From Nitrospinales bacterium (lineage in GTDB: Bacteria > Nitrospinota > Nitrospinia > Nitrospinales > VA-1): DNA of 64,000 bases. Numbering within the stretch: the stretch's first letter is position 1; the number at the start of each line of letters is the position of its first letter. The stretch spans positions 1,504,001 to 1,568,000 of the forward strand of contig CBDCWG010000012.1 of assembly GCA_965223345.1 (NCBI GenBank), given 5' to 3'. Below, one piece after another: positions 1 to 9,817 of this stretch. Below the pieces are notes generated by a model. The model worked only from the letters and a program-made list of their open reading frames with translations, had not been told where the DNA came from and made no database searches. Made by a program: the position numbers and the translations under genes.

Positions 1-241
1 CCGCGGGCACCGGACCCGCCATGGTGGTGTACAGCCAGGAACCCTCGAAGGGAGTGAACGGATACACCGACAGCAGGGTGAAGCATCCGGCTGCGTTGCA
101 CAACAGGACGCGGTCTCCCAGTTCCTTGAGCGCCAGCCGCAATCCCTCAAGCCCGCCGCAACCCGCGCACAGCGCCGTCCCCGGCTGGATGCCTTCACGC
201 GGATGCAGATCGCTGATTTTTTTGTGGTGAACCGTGTTCAT
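1..241 (-). CDS. porB: 2-oxoacid (pyruvate):ferredoxin oxidoreductase beta subunit, N-terminal part (runs off window)
   Basis: Read manually: ATG at 241 overlaps the alpha stop (ATGA); translation MNTVHHKK...PGTALCAGCGGLEGLRLAL...NAAGCF...YPFTP, with the CxGC motif of PorB. Confidence 0.85.
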   Translation of the reverse strand, partial: MNTVHHKKISDLHPREGIQPGTALCAGCGGLEGLRLALKELGDRVLLCNAAGCFTLLSVYPFTPFEGSWLYTTMAGPVPA

Positions 242-1473
242 GATGCTTCCTTTCCCGAGTGAGCCAGCTTCAGCAGATTCTGAAACTGGTTCCAGTCGTT
301 TTCGTCGTACAGGAACAAAGGCGTGCGCGGGACCGGGGCGTCCAGCTCGGCGACGATGGACAAAAAATCCTCTTCGCGCAGGTTTTTGCCTCCCAGACCG
401 CCGATCACCGAAAGCACTTTGTGCGCCGGCCGGTGGCCGTTTGCGAGCGCCGTGACGATTTCCGGATACATGATGCCGCCCATGCCCGGCGCGAGGTTCT
501 GGTCGATCACGGCGATCTTTTCCGTTTTGCGCAGCGCTTCGGCAATGGCCTGTGCGGGGAAAGGCCGGAACATGGAAATTTTCAGCAATCCGGCTTTCAC
601 GCCCTGACTGCGCAGCCGCCGGACAGCGGCTTTTCCCTGCGTGGCGAACGAATTGCTCATGACAAACGCGTAGTCCGCATCGTCCAATTGAAACCGCTCC
701 ACCGTGTCGTAGTAGCGTCCGAAGCGTTCGCCATATTCCTGCGCCGCCTCTGCAAAAACCGTTTCCGCCTTGCGGGCGGCGAGTTCCTGCTGGATGCGAA
801 AATAGGTATAAGGTCCGCCGCCGAACACGGCCCCCGCGCGGGCCATCGGACGGGAAGCCTGAAAAACCGGTTGCACCGGTTCGAATTCAGGCAGAAACGC
901 CCGCACAGCGGCTTCGTCCGGGATCAGCACCGGCTCGCGGGTGAAGGACAAGTAGAAACCGTCCATGTTCACCAGCACCGGCAGGCACACATCGGGAGAT
1001 TCGGCGATGCGGAAGGCGAGCAGGATGAAATCCAGAACTTCCTGGCAGGTTTCCGCATGCAATTGCACCATGCCGCAGTCGCGGGTCGCCATCACGTCGT
1101 TGTGATCCGGTTCCAGCGTGATCGGGGTGGCGAGCGCCCGGGACACGTTGACCAGAACGAAAGGCACACGCCAGCCGGTGACGGTGTAGATGGATTCCAG
1201 TCCGTGCAGGATCCCCTGGCTGGAAGACGCGGTGAACACGCGCACGCCGGTGGCCGCAGCGGCTCCCGCCGCCATGAACATGGAGTGTTCCGAATCCATG
1301 TTGGTGAATTTTCCCCGCAGGGTTCCGTCTGCGAACCACGTGGACAGGGTCTCGACGATCTCCGTCTGCGGGGTGATGGGGAATGCCGGGACGTATTCCA
1401 CCCCTGCGAGACGGGCCCCCCACGCCGCCGCCTTGTTGCCTGTCAGCATTCTCTTAAGCGCCGTCGTCTGCAT
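238..1473 (-). CDS. porA: 2-oxoacid (pyruvate):ferredoxin oxidoreductase alpha subunit
   Basis: TGNKAAA, FPITPQT, SEHS, ASSSQG, FRPFP, GLGG motifs; sits between gamma/delta and beta. Confidence 0.92.
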   Translation of the reverse strand: MQTTALKRMLTGNKAAAWGARLAGVEYVPAFPITPQTEIVETLSTWFADGTLRGKFTNMDSEHSMFMAAGAAAATGVRVFTASSSQGILHGLESIYTVTGWRVPFVLVNVSRALATPITLEPDHNDVMATRDCGMVQLHAETCQEVLDFILLAFRIAESPDVCLPVLVNMDGFYLSFTREPVLIPDEAAVRAFLPEFEPVQPVFQASRPMARAGAVFGGGPYTYFRIQQELAARKAETVFAEAAQEYGERFGRYYDTVERFQLDDADYAFVMSNSFATQGKAAVRRLRSQGVKAGLLKISMFRPFPAQAIAEALRKTEKIAVIDQNLAPGMGGIMYPEIVTALANGHRPAHKVLSVIGGLGGKNLREEDFLSIVAELDAPVPRTPLFLYDENDWNQFQNLLKLAHSGKEAS

Positions 1474-2371
1474 GTTCCACCTCCCATACGTTTTGGATGA
1501 TGTGCAGCGGGCATTCCTGCGCGCAGATCAAGCACCCCTTGCAGTGATCGTAATCGATCACCGGCTTGCCGTCCGGATCGACGGCGATCACACCGTCCGG
1601 GCATCGGGCATAGCAGATGAGACAGTGATTGCATTTTTCGTAATCGATGACCGGGCGTTGCAGCCTCCAGTTGCCGGTTTTTCGCAGACCCATGTTTCCC
1701 TGCGCCAGAATCACCGGCGCGGCTTCGGCGACCGGGTGCTGCTCGATGCCGATCAGCCGGCTGGCTGTCAGCGGTTGTTCGGTTTTTTTTCCGATAGGAG
1801 CCGGTTTTACGATTTCAAACACGTGCGCTGCCAGGGCTGTGTTTTTCTGCACGATTTCCTCTGCGAAGCCCTGCTGCTCCAGTTCGACTTCTATGGCTTC
1901 TTTGAGGGCTTCCCAGGAAATTTTTCCCGTGATCTTCGCGGCCGCAGCCGCCAAAGCCGTGCTCAGGATGTTTCCCCGCTCCAGAAACTCGACTCCAAGC
2001 TGGGTCAGTTCTGCGGTTGCGGGAAGCGCCGGCAGTTTGAACTTGTCCTTCAGCGTCTGCGCTTTGAGCGTGGAGTTGATGAAGATCGCCGTCGAAGCGT
2101 CCGTCCCGCAGAGCGGTCCGGTTTTCGCGTCTTCCAGGAGAGTGGCGTCTCCGACCATGAGGATATCGGGACGCGCGATGGGGCCGCGTTTCTGGATGGG
2201 CTGGTCGCTGATGCGGGTGAAGGCGACGATCGGCGCACCCCGCCGTTCCGCTCCGTAAAGCGGGAAGTCCTGCGCTTGAAACCCGGACAAAAACGCCGCG
2301 GTTCCTAAAATCTGACCGGCGGTTTTGATCCCCTGGCCCCCGCGCCCGTGCAATCTTATTTCCAGTATCAT
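1454..2371 (-). CDS. 2-oxoacid:ferredoxin oxidoreductase gamma-delta fusion subunit
   Basis: EIRLHGRGGQG and YGAERRGAP (gamma), followed by KTGNWR and two CxxCxxCxxxCP ferredoxin motifs (delta). Confidence 0.9.
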   Translation of the reverse strand: MILEIRLHGRGGQGIKTAGQILGTAAFLSGFQAQDFPLYGAERRGAPIVAFTRISDQPIQKRGPIARPDILMVGDATLLEDAKTGPLCGTDASTAIFINSTLKAQTLKDKFKLPALPATAELTQLGVEFLERGNILSTALAAAAAKITGKISWEALKEAIEVELEQQGFAEEIVQKNTALAAHVFEIVKPAPIGKKTEQPLTASRLIGIEQHPVAEAAPVILAQGNMGLRKTGNWRLQRPVIDYEKCNHCLICYARCPDGVIAVDPDGKPVIDYDHCKGCLICAQECPLHIIQNVWEVEHADDGA

Positions 2372-2681
2372 GGCGCACCTCTCGAATTGCAGGAGCCGTC
2401 CTCACTCCTATAAGTAAGACCGCCGGGGAAATGCGTTTATTCCCGCAAAGCAGCGTGCGCGGGCCTCCATAAAATATTGACATAAAATGATTTTTGGGTT
2501 TTCGTGTGAGGTTTTGAAAGCCTTAGATTCGGAATAATCGTGAGCGCCGTCGATCCTTTATAATGGGGAGAACAGAATCCATACTCAGTCCGGCAATGAC
2601 TTTTGCATCGTCGGAGAACATCCCTGTGAGGATTCGATATTTCGTGGTGTTTTCGGGGCGTTCTCCAGTCGATAATGCGTC

Positions 2682-3977
2682 ATGAATATTTTGATGATGT
2701 CCAACACTTTCTCGCCGCATGTGGGGGGCGTGGCGAAATCGTTGCAAATCTTCACGCGTGAATACCGGAAAAAGGGGCACCGCGTGGTTCTGGTGGTGCC
2801 CGAGTTTGTGGGCATGCCGGAAAGCGAAGAAGACGTGATCCGGGTTCCGGCCATCCAGAATTTCAATGGCAGTGATTTTTCGGTTCGGCTCCCCATCCCC
2901 GGACTGGTCGCCGCCGCCCTGGAAGATTTTCACCCGGACGTCGTGCACGCGCATCATCCTTTTTTGCTGGGGGACACGGCGCTGTTGGTTTCCTCGGCAA
3001 AAAACGCCCCCCTGGTTTTCACCCATCACACCCTGTACGAACAATACACCCATTACGTTCCCGGCGATTCTCCGGCCATGCAGCGCTTTGTGGTGGATCT
3101 TTCCACAGGATACGCCAACCTCTGCGACCGGGTGTTCGCTCCCAGTGAAAGCATCGCCCGCATTCTGAAAACACGTGGTGTGGAGAAGCCGATTGCGATC
3201 GTCCCCACAGGTGTGCAGATGGAACTTTTTTCTCAAAAACGAGAGCGATCGTTCCGGGAAACCGCAAAGATTCCGGAAAACGCCTTCCTCGTCGGTCACC
3301 TGGGGCGTCTGGCTCCGGAAAAGAACCTGGACTTTCTCGCCCAGGCGGTCGCGCAATTTTGCCGCGCTCAGGAAAACGCCCATTTTCTGGTTGTGGGCAC
3401 CGGGCCTTCTGAGCAGACCGTGCGGGACCGGTTCCGGGAATGCGGCCTCGGTGACAGGCTGCATGTGCACGGCATCCTGAAAGGGAAGGATCTCGTCGCT
3501 GCGTATCACGCCATGGATGTGTTCGCCTTCGCATCGAAAAGCGAAACCCAGGGAATGGTATTGACCGAGGCCATGGCGGCGGCAACACCGGTCATCGCCC
3601 TGGATGCGCCCGGTGTCCGGGAAGTGGTGGAGGATGGCAAGAACGGGCGGTTGCTCGCCAGCGGGAATGTTTCGGTTTTTGCCAGTGCGCTGCGTTGGGT
3701 TGCGTCGCTGCCTTGTCAGGAAATGCGAGCATTGCAGCAAAATGCCCGCAAAACGGCGGAAGCGTTTTCAGCAGAGCGGTGCGCCCTCAAGGCCCTTGAG
3801 CAGTACCGGAATCTGATCGAAAAAGAAGAACCCGCCTCGCGCGAAACCGAAGACAGCATGTGGGACACGGCGCTGCGGCTGCTGGAGGCGGAATGGGAAA
3901 TCTGGGCGAATCGCGCGCACGCTGCCGGTGCGGCGTTGAGCCCTGAGGAGTCCCGGTGGGAAAATCGCGATGATTGA
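2682..3977 (+). CDS. GT4 family glycosyltransferase (lipid glucosyltransferase-like)
   Basis: PHVGGVA, HAHHPF, GRLAPEKN, SKSETQGMVLTEAMA motifs. Confidence 0.9.
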   Translation: MNILMMSNTFSPHVGGVAKSLQIFTREYRKKGHRVVLVVPEFVGMPESEEDVIRVPAIQNFNGSDFSVRLPIPGLVAAALEDFHPDVVHAHHPFLLGDTALLVSSAKNAPLVFTHHTLYEQYTHYVPGDSPAMQRFVVDLSTGYANLCDRVFAPSESIARILKTRGVEKPIAIVPTGVQMELFSQKRERSFRETAKIPENAFLVGHLGRLAPEKNLDFLAQAVAQFCRAQENAHFLVVGTGPSEQTVRDRFRECGLGDRLHVHGILKGKDLVAAYHAMDVFAFASKSETQGMVLTEAMAAATPVIALDAPGVREVVEDGKNGRLLASGNVSVFASALRWVASLPCQEMRALQQNARKTAEAFSAERCALKALEQYRNLIEKEEPASRETEDSMWDTALRLLEAEWEIWANRAHAAGAALSPEESRWENRDD

Positions 3978-6354
3978 ACGGATGGAAAGCGTCTGGCGCC
4001 GAATCCGCTCGTGGTTCCATGCGAGCGAATGGGGAATCCGCCTGCTCGGGCTTTCAAAATCCAGCGGCACCGAAACCGAACCGGGGCTGGTGCTGGTGCA
4101 GATCGACGGCCTGTCCCGCAGGCAGCTCGAAACGGCGCTCGGGAAAGGAAAAATGCCTTTCCTCAAGCAACTGCTGGGCACCGAGGGTTACCGCATGCAC
4201 ACTTTGTACTCGGGGCTCCCGGCCAGCACACCCGCCGTTCAGGGGGAGCTGCTCTACGGGGTTCCCGGGTGCGTGCCCGCGTTCAGCTTTCAGGACCGGA
4301 GCACAGGAGAAGTGGTGAAAATGTTCGATCCGGAACCGGTTGCCAAAATTCAGGAGTCGCTGGAAAAAAATCGACCCCACCTTTTAGAAAATGGGAGTAC
4401 CTACGCCAACATCTTTTCCGGCGGCGCGGCGGAAACGCATTTCTGCCCGGCGACGTTCGGCTGGGATCACATCACGCGAGCGATCCACCCCATAAATCTA
4501 TTGGGCTTTTTTTTCTCGCACGCATTGAGTCTGCTCCGGACGGGGTTTCTTCTCCTGGTCGAATCGGTTCTGGCTGTGGGAGACTGCATCCGCGGTCTGA
4601 TCGGCGGGAAAGATCTGTTGAAGGAGTTGAAATTCGTTCCCACCCGCGTGGCGATCAGCATTCTATTGCGCGATCTGGTCACTCTCGGGGCGCGGATGGA
4701 TGTCCTGCGCGGGCTCCCGGTCGTCCATATCAATTTCCTCGGGTACGACGAGCAGGCCCACCGCCGCGGCCCCACATCCGATTTCGCCCACTGGACGCTC
4801 AAGGGCATCGATGCGGCGATCCGAAGGGTTGTGCACACGGCACGCATGTCTTCGCGCCGGGATTATGAGGTGTGGGTGTTTTCCGATCACGGCCAGGAGG
4901 AAACCGTTCCTTTTCCCAGGGAAAGCGGGAAATCCGTTCAGGAAGCGGTGGCCAAGGTGTTCACCCAATTCGGGCCGCCGCTGCTGGGAAAAAAAGACAC
5001 GCGCGGAATCCAGTTCGAACGCTCCAAATGGCTGGGGACCGCGTTTCTGAACTGGCTGGTGGGGGAGAACGACGATCAGGACGCGATCGACCGCTCCCGT
5101 CTGGTGGTCACCGCGCTGGGTTCCCTGGGACACCTCTACACGCCGGTGCTGCTTGATCAGCCGGAGAAGGCGCGCCTGGCGAAAAAGCTGGTCGAAGAAG
5201 CGCACATCCCCACGGTGCTGTACGCCGCTTCGAACGGGGATGCCCACGCCTGCACCCGGGACGGCCTGCTGCATCTCCCTCAGGATGCGGAAAAACTGCT
5301 GGGGCCGGAACATCCTTTTTTAGAGGAAGCGGCGCAGGATCTGGTGAAGCTATCGCATCATCCGAACGCCGGAGACCTGATCCTTTCGGGCTGGAGGCTG
5401 GGCAGACAGCCGGTCAGCTTTCCCATGGAAAACGGTTCCCACACCGGCCCGGGCCCGGAAGAGACCCGCGCCTTCGCGCTTCTACCCGTGACGACCCCGC
5501 TGGAAACCACCGGCGACTACCTGCGGCCGCTGCAGCTCAGAGAAGCCGCGCTGCGTTACCTCAAGCGCCATCCATCACCGCAGAAACCGCAACTGTCCCG
5601 CCGCAAACGCCGGGAGAACCACTTGCGGATCATGACCTACAACATCCACTACTGCATCAACATGGATGGAAAAACCTCGCCCAAACGGATCGCCAAGGTC
5701 ATCGCCCATTACGATCCCGACATCGTGTGCCTGCAGGAGCTGGATGTTCGAAGGATGCGGACGGGTTCCGTCGATCAGGTGCATTTCATTGCGCACGAGC
5801 TGGACATGGACTTTCATTTCGCGCCGGCCGTGAAGATTCAGGAAGAAGAATTCGGCAACGCCGTGCTCACGCGTTTTCCCATGCAGCTGGTGCACGCGGG
5901 CCGCCTGCCGGGAATCCCGGACCGCTCCGACATCGAACCCCGGGGCGCCCTCTGGGTCGAGATCGGGGTTGACGGCAAAACAATCCAGCTTTTCAACACG
6001 CACTTCGGACTGCGGGAGCAGGAACGCATCCAGCAGGTGAACGCGCTCATGGGAAAAGAATGGCTGGGGCATCCCGATTGCCGCGATCCCGTCATCCTGT
6101 GCGGGGATTTCAACGCGCTGCCCCGTTCCCGCGTGTGCAACAAACTGCGCCGCAAATTCATCGACGCCCAATGGAGCCTGAACGACCACCGCCCGCAGCG
6201 CACCTTTTTCGGCCGCTTTCCGGTGGGGCGGATCGATCACATTTTCGTCAGCCCCGGCATCGAGGTGCGGGGAATCGAAGTGCCCCGCACCGCGCTCACG
6301 CGGACGGCGTCCGACCATCTGCCCCTGATCGCCGAAGTCAAGCTCCCCGATTGA
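3970..6354 (+). CDS. Alkaline phosphatase/type I phosphodiesterase superfamily domain fused to endonuclease/exonuclease/phosphatase (EEP) domain
   Basis: N-terminal QIDGL, PAST, YDEQAH, SDHG, GSHTG; C-terminal MTYNIH, LQE, GDFN, IDHIF, SDHLP. Confidence 0.85.
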   Translation: MIERMESVWRRIRSWFHASEWGIRLLGLSKSSGTETEPGLVLVQIDGLSRRQLETALGKGKMPFLKQLLGTEGYRMHTLYSGLPASTPAVQGELLYGVPGCVPAFSFQDRSTGEVVKMFDPEPVAKIQESLEKNRPHLLENGSTYANIFSGGAAETHFCPATFGWDHITRAIHPINLLGFFFSHALSLLRTGFLLLVESVLAVGDCIRGLIGGKDLLKELKFVPTRVAISILLRDLVTLGARMDVLRGLPVVHINFLGYDEQAHRRGPTSDFAHWTLKGIDAAIRRVVHTARMSSRRDYEVWVFSDHGQEETVPFPRESGKSVQEAVAKVFTQFGPPLLGKKDTRGIQFERSKWLGTAFLNWLVGENDDQDAIDRSRLVVTALGSLGHLYTPVLLDQPEKARLAKKLVEEAHIPTVLYAASNGDAHACTRDGLLHLPQDAEKLLGPEHPFLEEAAQDLVKLSHHPNAGDLILSGWRLGRQPVSFPMENGSHTGPGPEETRAFALLPVTTPLETTGDYLRPLQLREAALRYLKRHPSPQKPQLSRRKRRENHLRIMTYNIHYCINMDGKTSPKRIAKVIAHYDPDIVCLQELDVRRMRTGSVDQVHFIAHELDMDFHFAPAVKIQEEEFGNAVLTRFPMQLVHAGRLPGIPDRSDIEPRGALWVEIGVDGKTIQLFNTHFGLREQERIQQVNALMGKEWLGHPDCRDPVILCGDFNALPRSRVCNKLRRKFIDAQWSLNDHRPQRTFFGRFPVGRIDHIFVSPGIEVRGIEVPRTALTRTASDHLPLIAEVKLPD

Positions 6355-6489
6355 CGCCTGGACGCTCCTTGTCTCGTGGTTTCCGCTGTCGATCCCGGTG
6401 CGACTGATACCTAAAAAAAGGCCTTCCCCCGATCGTCGATGCAAAATTCAGGGAAAGGCCGGTTTGCCTAAAGCGTTGTCGCTCTCATG

Positions 6490-6585
6490 CTAGCTGTGGA
6501 AGATATGGTTCCCTTCGAAAAGCTCTGCAACCAACATGCCTACGATATACAGTGTGACTACGATTCCCATCACGTCGAACCACAT
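6490..6585 (-). CDS. Putative 31-aa single-TM small protein
   Basis: MWFDVMGIVVTLYIVGMLVAELFEGNHIFHS preceded by AAAGGGGG purine tract; downstream hairpin with T-run on minus strand near 6413-6460. Confidence 0.4.
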   Translation of the reverse strand: MWFDVMGIVVTLYIVGMLVAELFEGNHIFHS

Positions 6586-6827
6586 AAGCTCGCCCCCTTT
6601 CCGGATGATCGGATTGTCATGCAGTCCAATCCGGGTTGATTCTGGGGGAGTGTCTGCATCCCTCACTTTTAAAGTAGGTCCGCTCCGACAAATGCGCAAC
6701 GGTTTTCGGAAGGACGGCTCCCGCCCGATTGACGAAAAGCCGGCAGAGCCTATATTAATTACAGGTAGGGGAACATGCATGTGCAGGGGAATACGAACCA
6801 AGGCATTTCATCGTGAGGAAATCGGCC

Positions 6828-7208
6828 ATGAAAAAGATATTGATCGTGGACGACGAAATAAACATCCGCTTCTTGTACAAAGAAGAGTTTGAGGAGGAAG
6901 GGTACGCTGTGGTGCTGGCGAGCGATGCGGAGGAAGCCCTGGAAATGATCGGGAAAGAGAAACCCGATCTCATCTGCCTGGACATCAAATTGCCCGGGAT
7001 GGATGGGATCGAGTTCATGAACATCGTGATGCATGAATTCCCGGACATTCCGGTGATCTTTTGCTCTGCGTTCGCGCACTACAAGCAGGATTTCAGGGTC
7101 TGGAGTGCGAAGAGTTACTGGATCAAATCCGCCAATCTTAATGAGCTGAAAAAACGGGTGAAAGAAATTCTGTCCCCGCAACCTGCAGAAACGGCTTCCT
7201 CCTGTTGA
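6828..7208 (+). CDS. Single-domain response regulator (receiver)
   Basis: ILIVDDE, LDIKLPGMDG, conserved Lys; GAGGA upstream. Confidence 0.88.
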   Translation: MKKILIVDDEINIRFLYKEEFEEEGYAVVLASDAEEALEMIGKEKPDLICLDIKLPGMDGIEFMNIVMHEFPDIPVIFCSAFAHYKQDFRVWSAKSYWIKSANLNELKKRVKEILSPQPAETASSC

Positions 7209-7239
7209 GGGCGGGAAGGGTGAGAGAACGGAGTCCATC

Positions 7240-7956
7240 ATGAAAACAGACATCCAAAATTCCATTTTTGAGTTGCCTGAACTGCGGGACAGAAAGTACG
7301 TGTTCCGCAACCGCCACCATGCGGGGAAAGTACTGGCAGACATGCTGGAAGCGTATGCGGGAAGCAATGCGCTTGTGCTGGGAATTCCATCGGGAGGTGT
7401 TCCAATCGCATCGGTGATCGCTCAAAGGCTCAACCTGGAGCTGGATGCCGCTGTGGCCAACAAAATCACACCAAGCTGGAACTCCGAATGGGGCTATGGG
7501 GCGGTGGCATTCGACGGCACGCTGTGGATGGATTCCGGCATGAGCGAAGCCGCCGGTTTGAGTGAGGAAGAAATCGCCGAAGGGACGAGGCGAACGCTGG
7601 AAAAAGTGGCGCGCCGGAACCGGGTGATACGGGGAAACCGGCCTTTTCCCGATTGCCGGGACCGGACGGTGATTCTGGTGGACGATGGGGTCGCCTCCGG
7701 GGTCACTCTGCAAGCCGCCCTGCAAGCGATTCGCAAGGCCGGCGCCGGTAAGATCATCGTTGCCGTTCCGACTGGGCACGCAGGCCCCATAGGGGAGGTG
7801 GCTGAACAGGTGGATGCTGTGTATTGCCCGAACATCCGCAGTGGCTACACCTTTGCGGTGGCGGAGGCCTATGAATTCTGGAGCAACCTGGATGAGCACA
7901 TCGCCGCTGCTGTTTTGCAGGAGTTTCAGAAGAGATACTTTCCCGCTCAACCGTGA
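7240..7956 (+). CDS. Phosphoribosyltransferase family protein
   Basis: FRNRxHAG, VLGIPSGGVP, PRPP-binding VILVDDGVASG. Confidence 0.88.
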   Translation: MKTDIQNSIFELPELRDRKYVFRNRHHAGKVLADMLEAYAGSNALVLGIPSGGVPIASVIAQRLNLELDAAVANKITPSWNSEWGYGAVAFDGTLWMDSGMSEAAGLSEEEIAEGTRRTLEKVARRNRVIRGNRPFPDCRDRTVILVDDGVASGVTLQAALQAIRKAGAGKIIVAVPTGHAGPIGEVAEQVDAVYCPNIRSGYTFAVAEAYEFWSNLDEHIAAAVLQEFQKRYFPAQP

Positions 7957-8015
7957 ATCCCCCTTTGCACCCTTGGCGAAGAAACGATTCTGTAGGGCTG
8001 CGAAGGGGGATTTTT
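7956..8015. terminator. Long hairpin, possible terminator between convergent genes
   Basis: AATCCCCCTTTGCA...TGCGAAGGGGGATT inverted repeat followed by T-run. Confidence 0.45.
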
Positions 8016-8117
8016 ATAGAGGAGAAGTCATTCCGCCCTCAGCCTGCTGTGGTGATTCATGACCCTCAAGCGCCTTCCTGGCTTTATTCAGTGCCTTCTA
8101 CTCCAGGTTGTTTCGCC

Positions 8118-9272
8118 TCATCGTTTTTTAATCTCGATGGGTTCCTGAATTCCTGTTGTTTTTGCGATATTGCACAGGCGTTCCAACTGCACCTTGGATA
8201 TTTTCTGACCTGCAGAAAGAAGGAGGCTTCCATCGTTGTTTTTGATATCGGATAAAATCATGTCTCCTGGCCGGAGGTCATCAAGGAATACGGAGATGGA
8301 GGCCTTGGTCAAATCCAATTCCCCTGTTTTTTGATCGGAAAGAAAACAAATTACTTTTTTAATAATATTCTGGTCATACCAGTCCGTTCGACTTTTTAAT
8401 GTTTCGATGATCTCTTCTCTTGTGGCGTTATTGGATTCCATTTCGACGAGATCGGAAAATATCTTGATCATTTGTGCGCCCAATGGAATTTCTTTCCCAG
8501 ATACTGAATCTTCCGGAAAACCGGATCCGTCAAACCTCTTATTTTGATATAAGATAATTTTTGAAACCGGTTTCAAGCGCGGAATATGCTCGAGAAGGCG
8601 CCCGCCAAACTCTGGAACCTGGTCTAAAATTTCTTTTTCAGAAGGTGAAAGTTTCTGTTGCTTCTGGGCCTTCACCAAAAGATCGGGAGGGACACTCAGG
8701 TATCCGATTTGGGAAAGCAGGGAAGCGATTTCAAATTCCCATGAAAGCGGAATATTCAAGTATTCACTGAATTCCTGAATTTGGTCCCGAAGTCGCGTTG
8801 ACTTGCCGAACAAATCATTATCGAATACAGAAAGAATTTCTGTCAGCATGGTGACGCTTCCAGCCAATGTTTTTTCAAGAAGTTCTTTTTCCGCGTTGAT
8901 CAGACGATACTGATCAATTCCGGCGGTCAAGACTTGCCCCAATTTTTCAGGAGAACAGGGTTTTGTCAGGAACCGGAAAATATTACCCTCGTTAATCGCC
9001 TCAATCGCCGTTTGCTGATCTGCGTTTCCGGTCAACATGATGCGCACCGTATCTGCGTTTTTTTGTTTGACTTGAGCGAGGAACTGAATCCCGTTCATTT
9101 CGGGCATTTGCATGTCCGAAACAACGACGGCGAACGGGCCATTGGCGGAAAGCGCTTTTAATCCTTCTTCGGGACCCAGGGCGGTTTCGATGTCGAATTT
9201 ATTGCGTAAACTCCTCTTATAGCCTTGGAGAACATTCAGTTCGTCATCAACCAAAAGAATTTTTTCCGTCAT
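8118..9272 (-). CDS. Response regulator with degenerate HD-GYP-like output domain
   Basis: REC (LVDDE, SDMQMP, KP); C-terminal LLSQIG and YQNKRFDGSGFP in place of LHDIGK and HHERWDGSGYP. Confidence 0.82.
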   Translation of the reverse strand: MTEKILLVDDELNVLQGYKRSLRNKFDIETALGPEEGLKALSANGPFAVVVSDMQMPEMNGIQFLAQVKQKNADTVRIMLTGNADQQTAIEAINEGNIFRFLTKPCSPEKLGQVLTAGIDQYRLINAEKELLEKTLAGSVTMLTEILSVFDNDLFGKSTRLRDQIQEFSEYLNIPLSWEFEIASLLSQIGYLSVPPDLLVKAQKQQKLSPSEKEILDQVPEFGGRLLEHIPRLKPVSKIILYQNKRFDGSGFPEDSVSGKEIPLGAQMIKIFSDLVEMESNNATREEIIETLKSRTDWYDQNIIKKVICFLSDQKTGELDLTKASISVFLDDLRPGDMILSDIKNNDGSLLLSAGQKISKVQLERLCNIAKTTGIQEPIEIKKR

Positions 9273-9325
9273 GATTTTTACCCTAGATGATGTGCTGATC
9301 TGTATGTATTGTCATTACAACCGGG

Positions 9326-9778
9326 TTAAGCAGACATGGAACGTGCAAAAACTTCCAGCTGCTGGTTTGCCCTCTTGAGGTCGTTCTGCAATTCTATAAT
9401 TCGAAAACCAACCTGGATGCGCGCTATCAATTCTCGAGCGTCACAAGGTTTGGTTATAAAATCGTCCGCGCCTTTTTCCAGCGCTTCAACCGTTTTTTCC
9501 ACTCCCTGTTTGCCGGTCAGAAAGATAATATAGTTATTGTTCAATTCCCCTTCTTCTTCCAATTTACGGATTTGGTGGCATAAATCCAATCCATCCATCC
9601 CTGGCATATTCCAATCCGTTACGATTACCTTGGGAGACGGGTTGTTCATGGACTGGAGAGCTTCTAAAGCGCTGGAAAAATAGGATGTCTGCCATTTATC
9701 CTGCTCCGAATGCAGTGCTCTTTTCATGCTGCTCAAAACATTTGGGTCATCATCGACAAATAGGATCTGCCTTAACAT
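9326..9778 (-). CDS. Response regulator receiver with short C-terminal coiled coil
   Basis: FVDDD, TDWNMPGMDG, GADDFITKP; ends ELQNDLKRANQQLEVFARSMSA; start taken at ATG 9778. Confidence 0.8.
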   Translation of the reverse strand: MLRQILFVDDDPNVLSSMKRALHSEQDKWQTSYFSSALEALQSMNNPSPKVIVTDWNMPGMDGLDLCHQIRKLEEEGELNNNYIIFLTGKQGVEKTVEALEKGADDFITKPCDARELIARIQVGFRIIELQNDLKRANQQLEVFARSMSA

Positions 9779-9817
9779 AGGGATCACTCCTGTGTGTTTG
9801 TGCAAGTGCTATCGATG

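Noticed and set aside
2591..2607. sigma54-like CGGCAATGACTTTTGCA upstream of GT4
   Set aside because: GG-to-GC spacing is 11, not the required 10.
259..3740. Long antisense ORFs (259-1500, 1190-2308, 2523-3740)
   Set aside because: Shadows of well-supported genes in GC-rich DNA, with no recognisable motifs.
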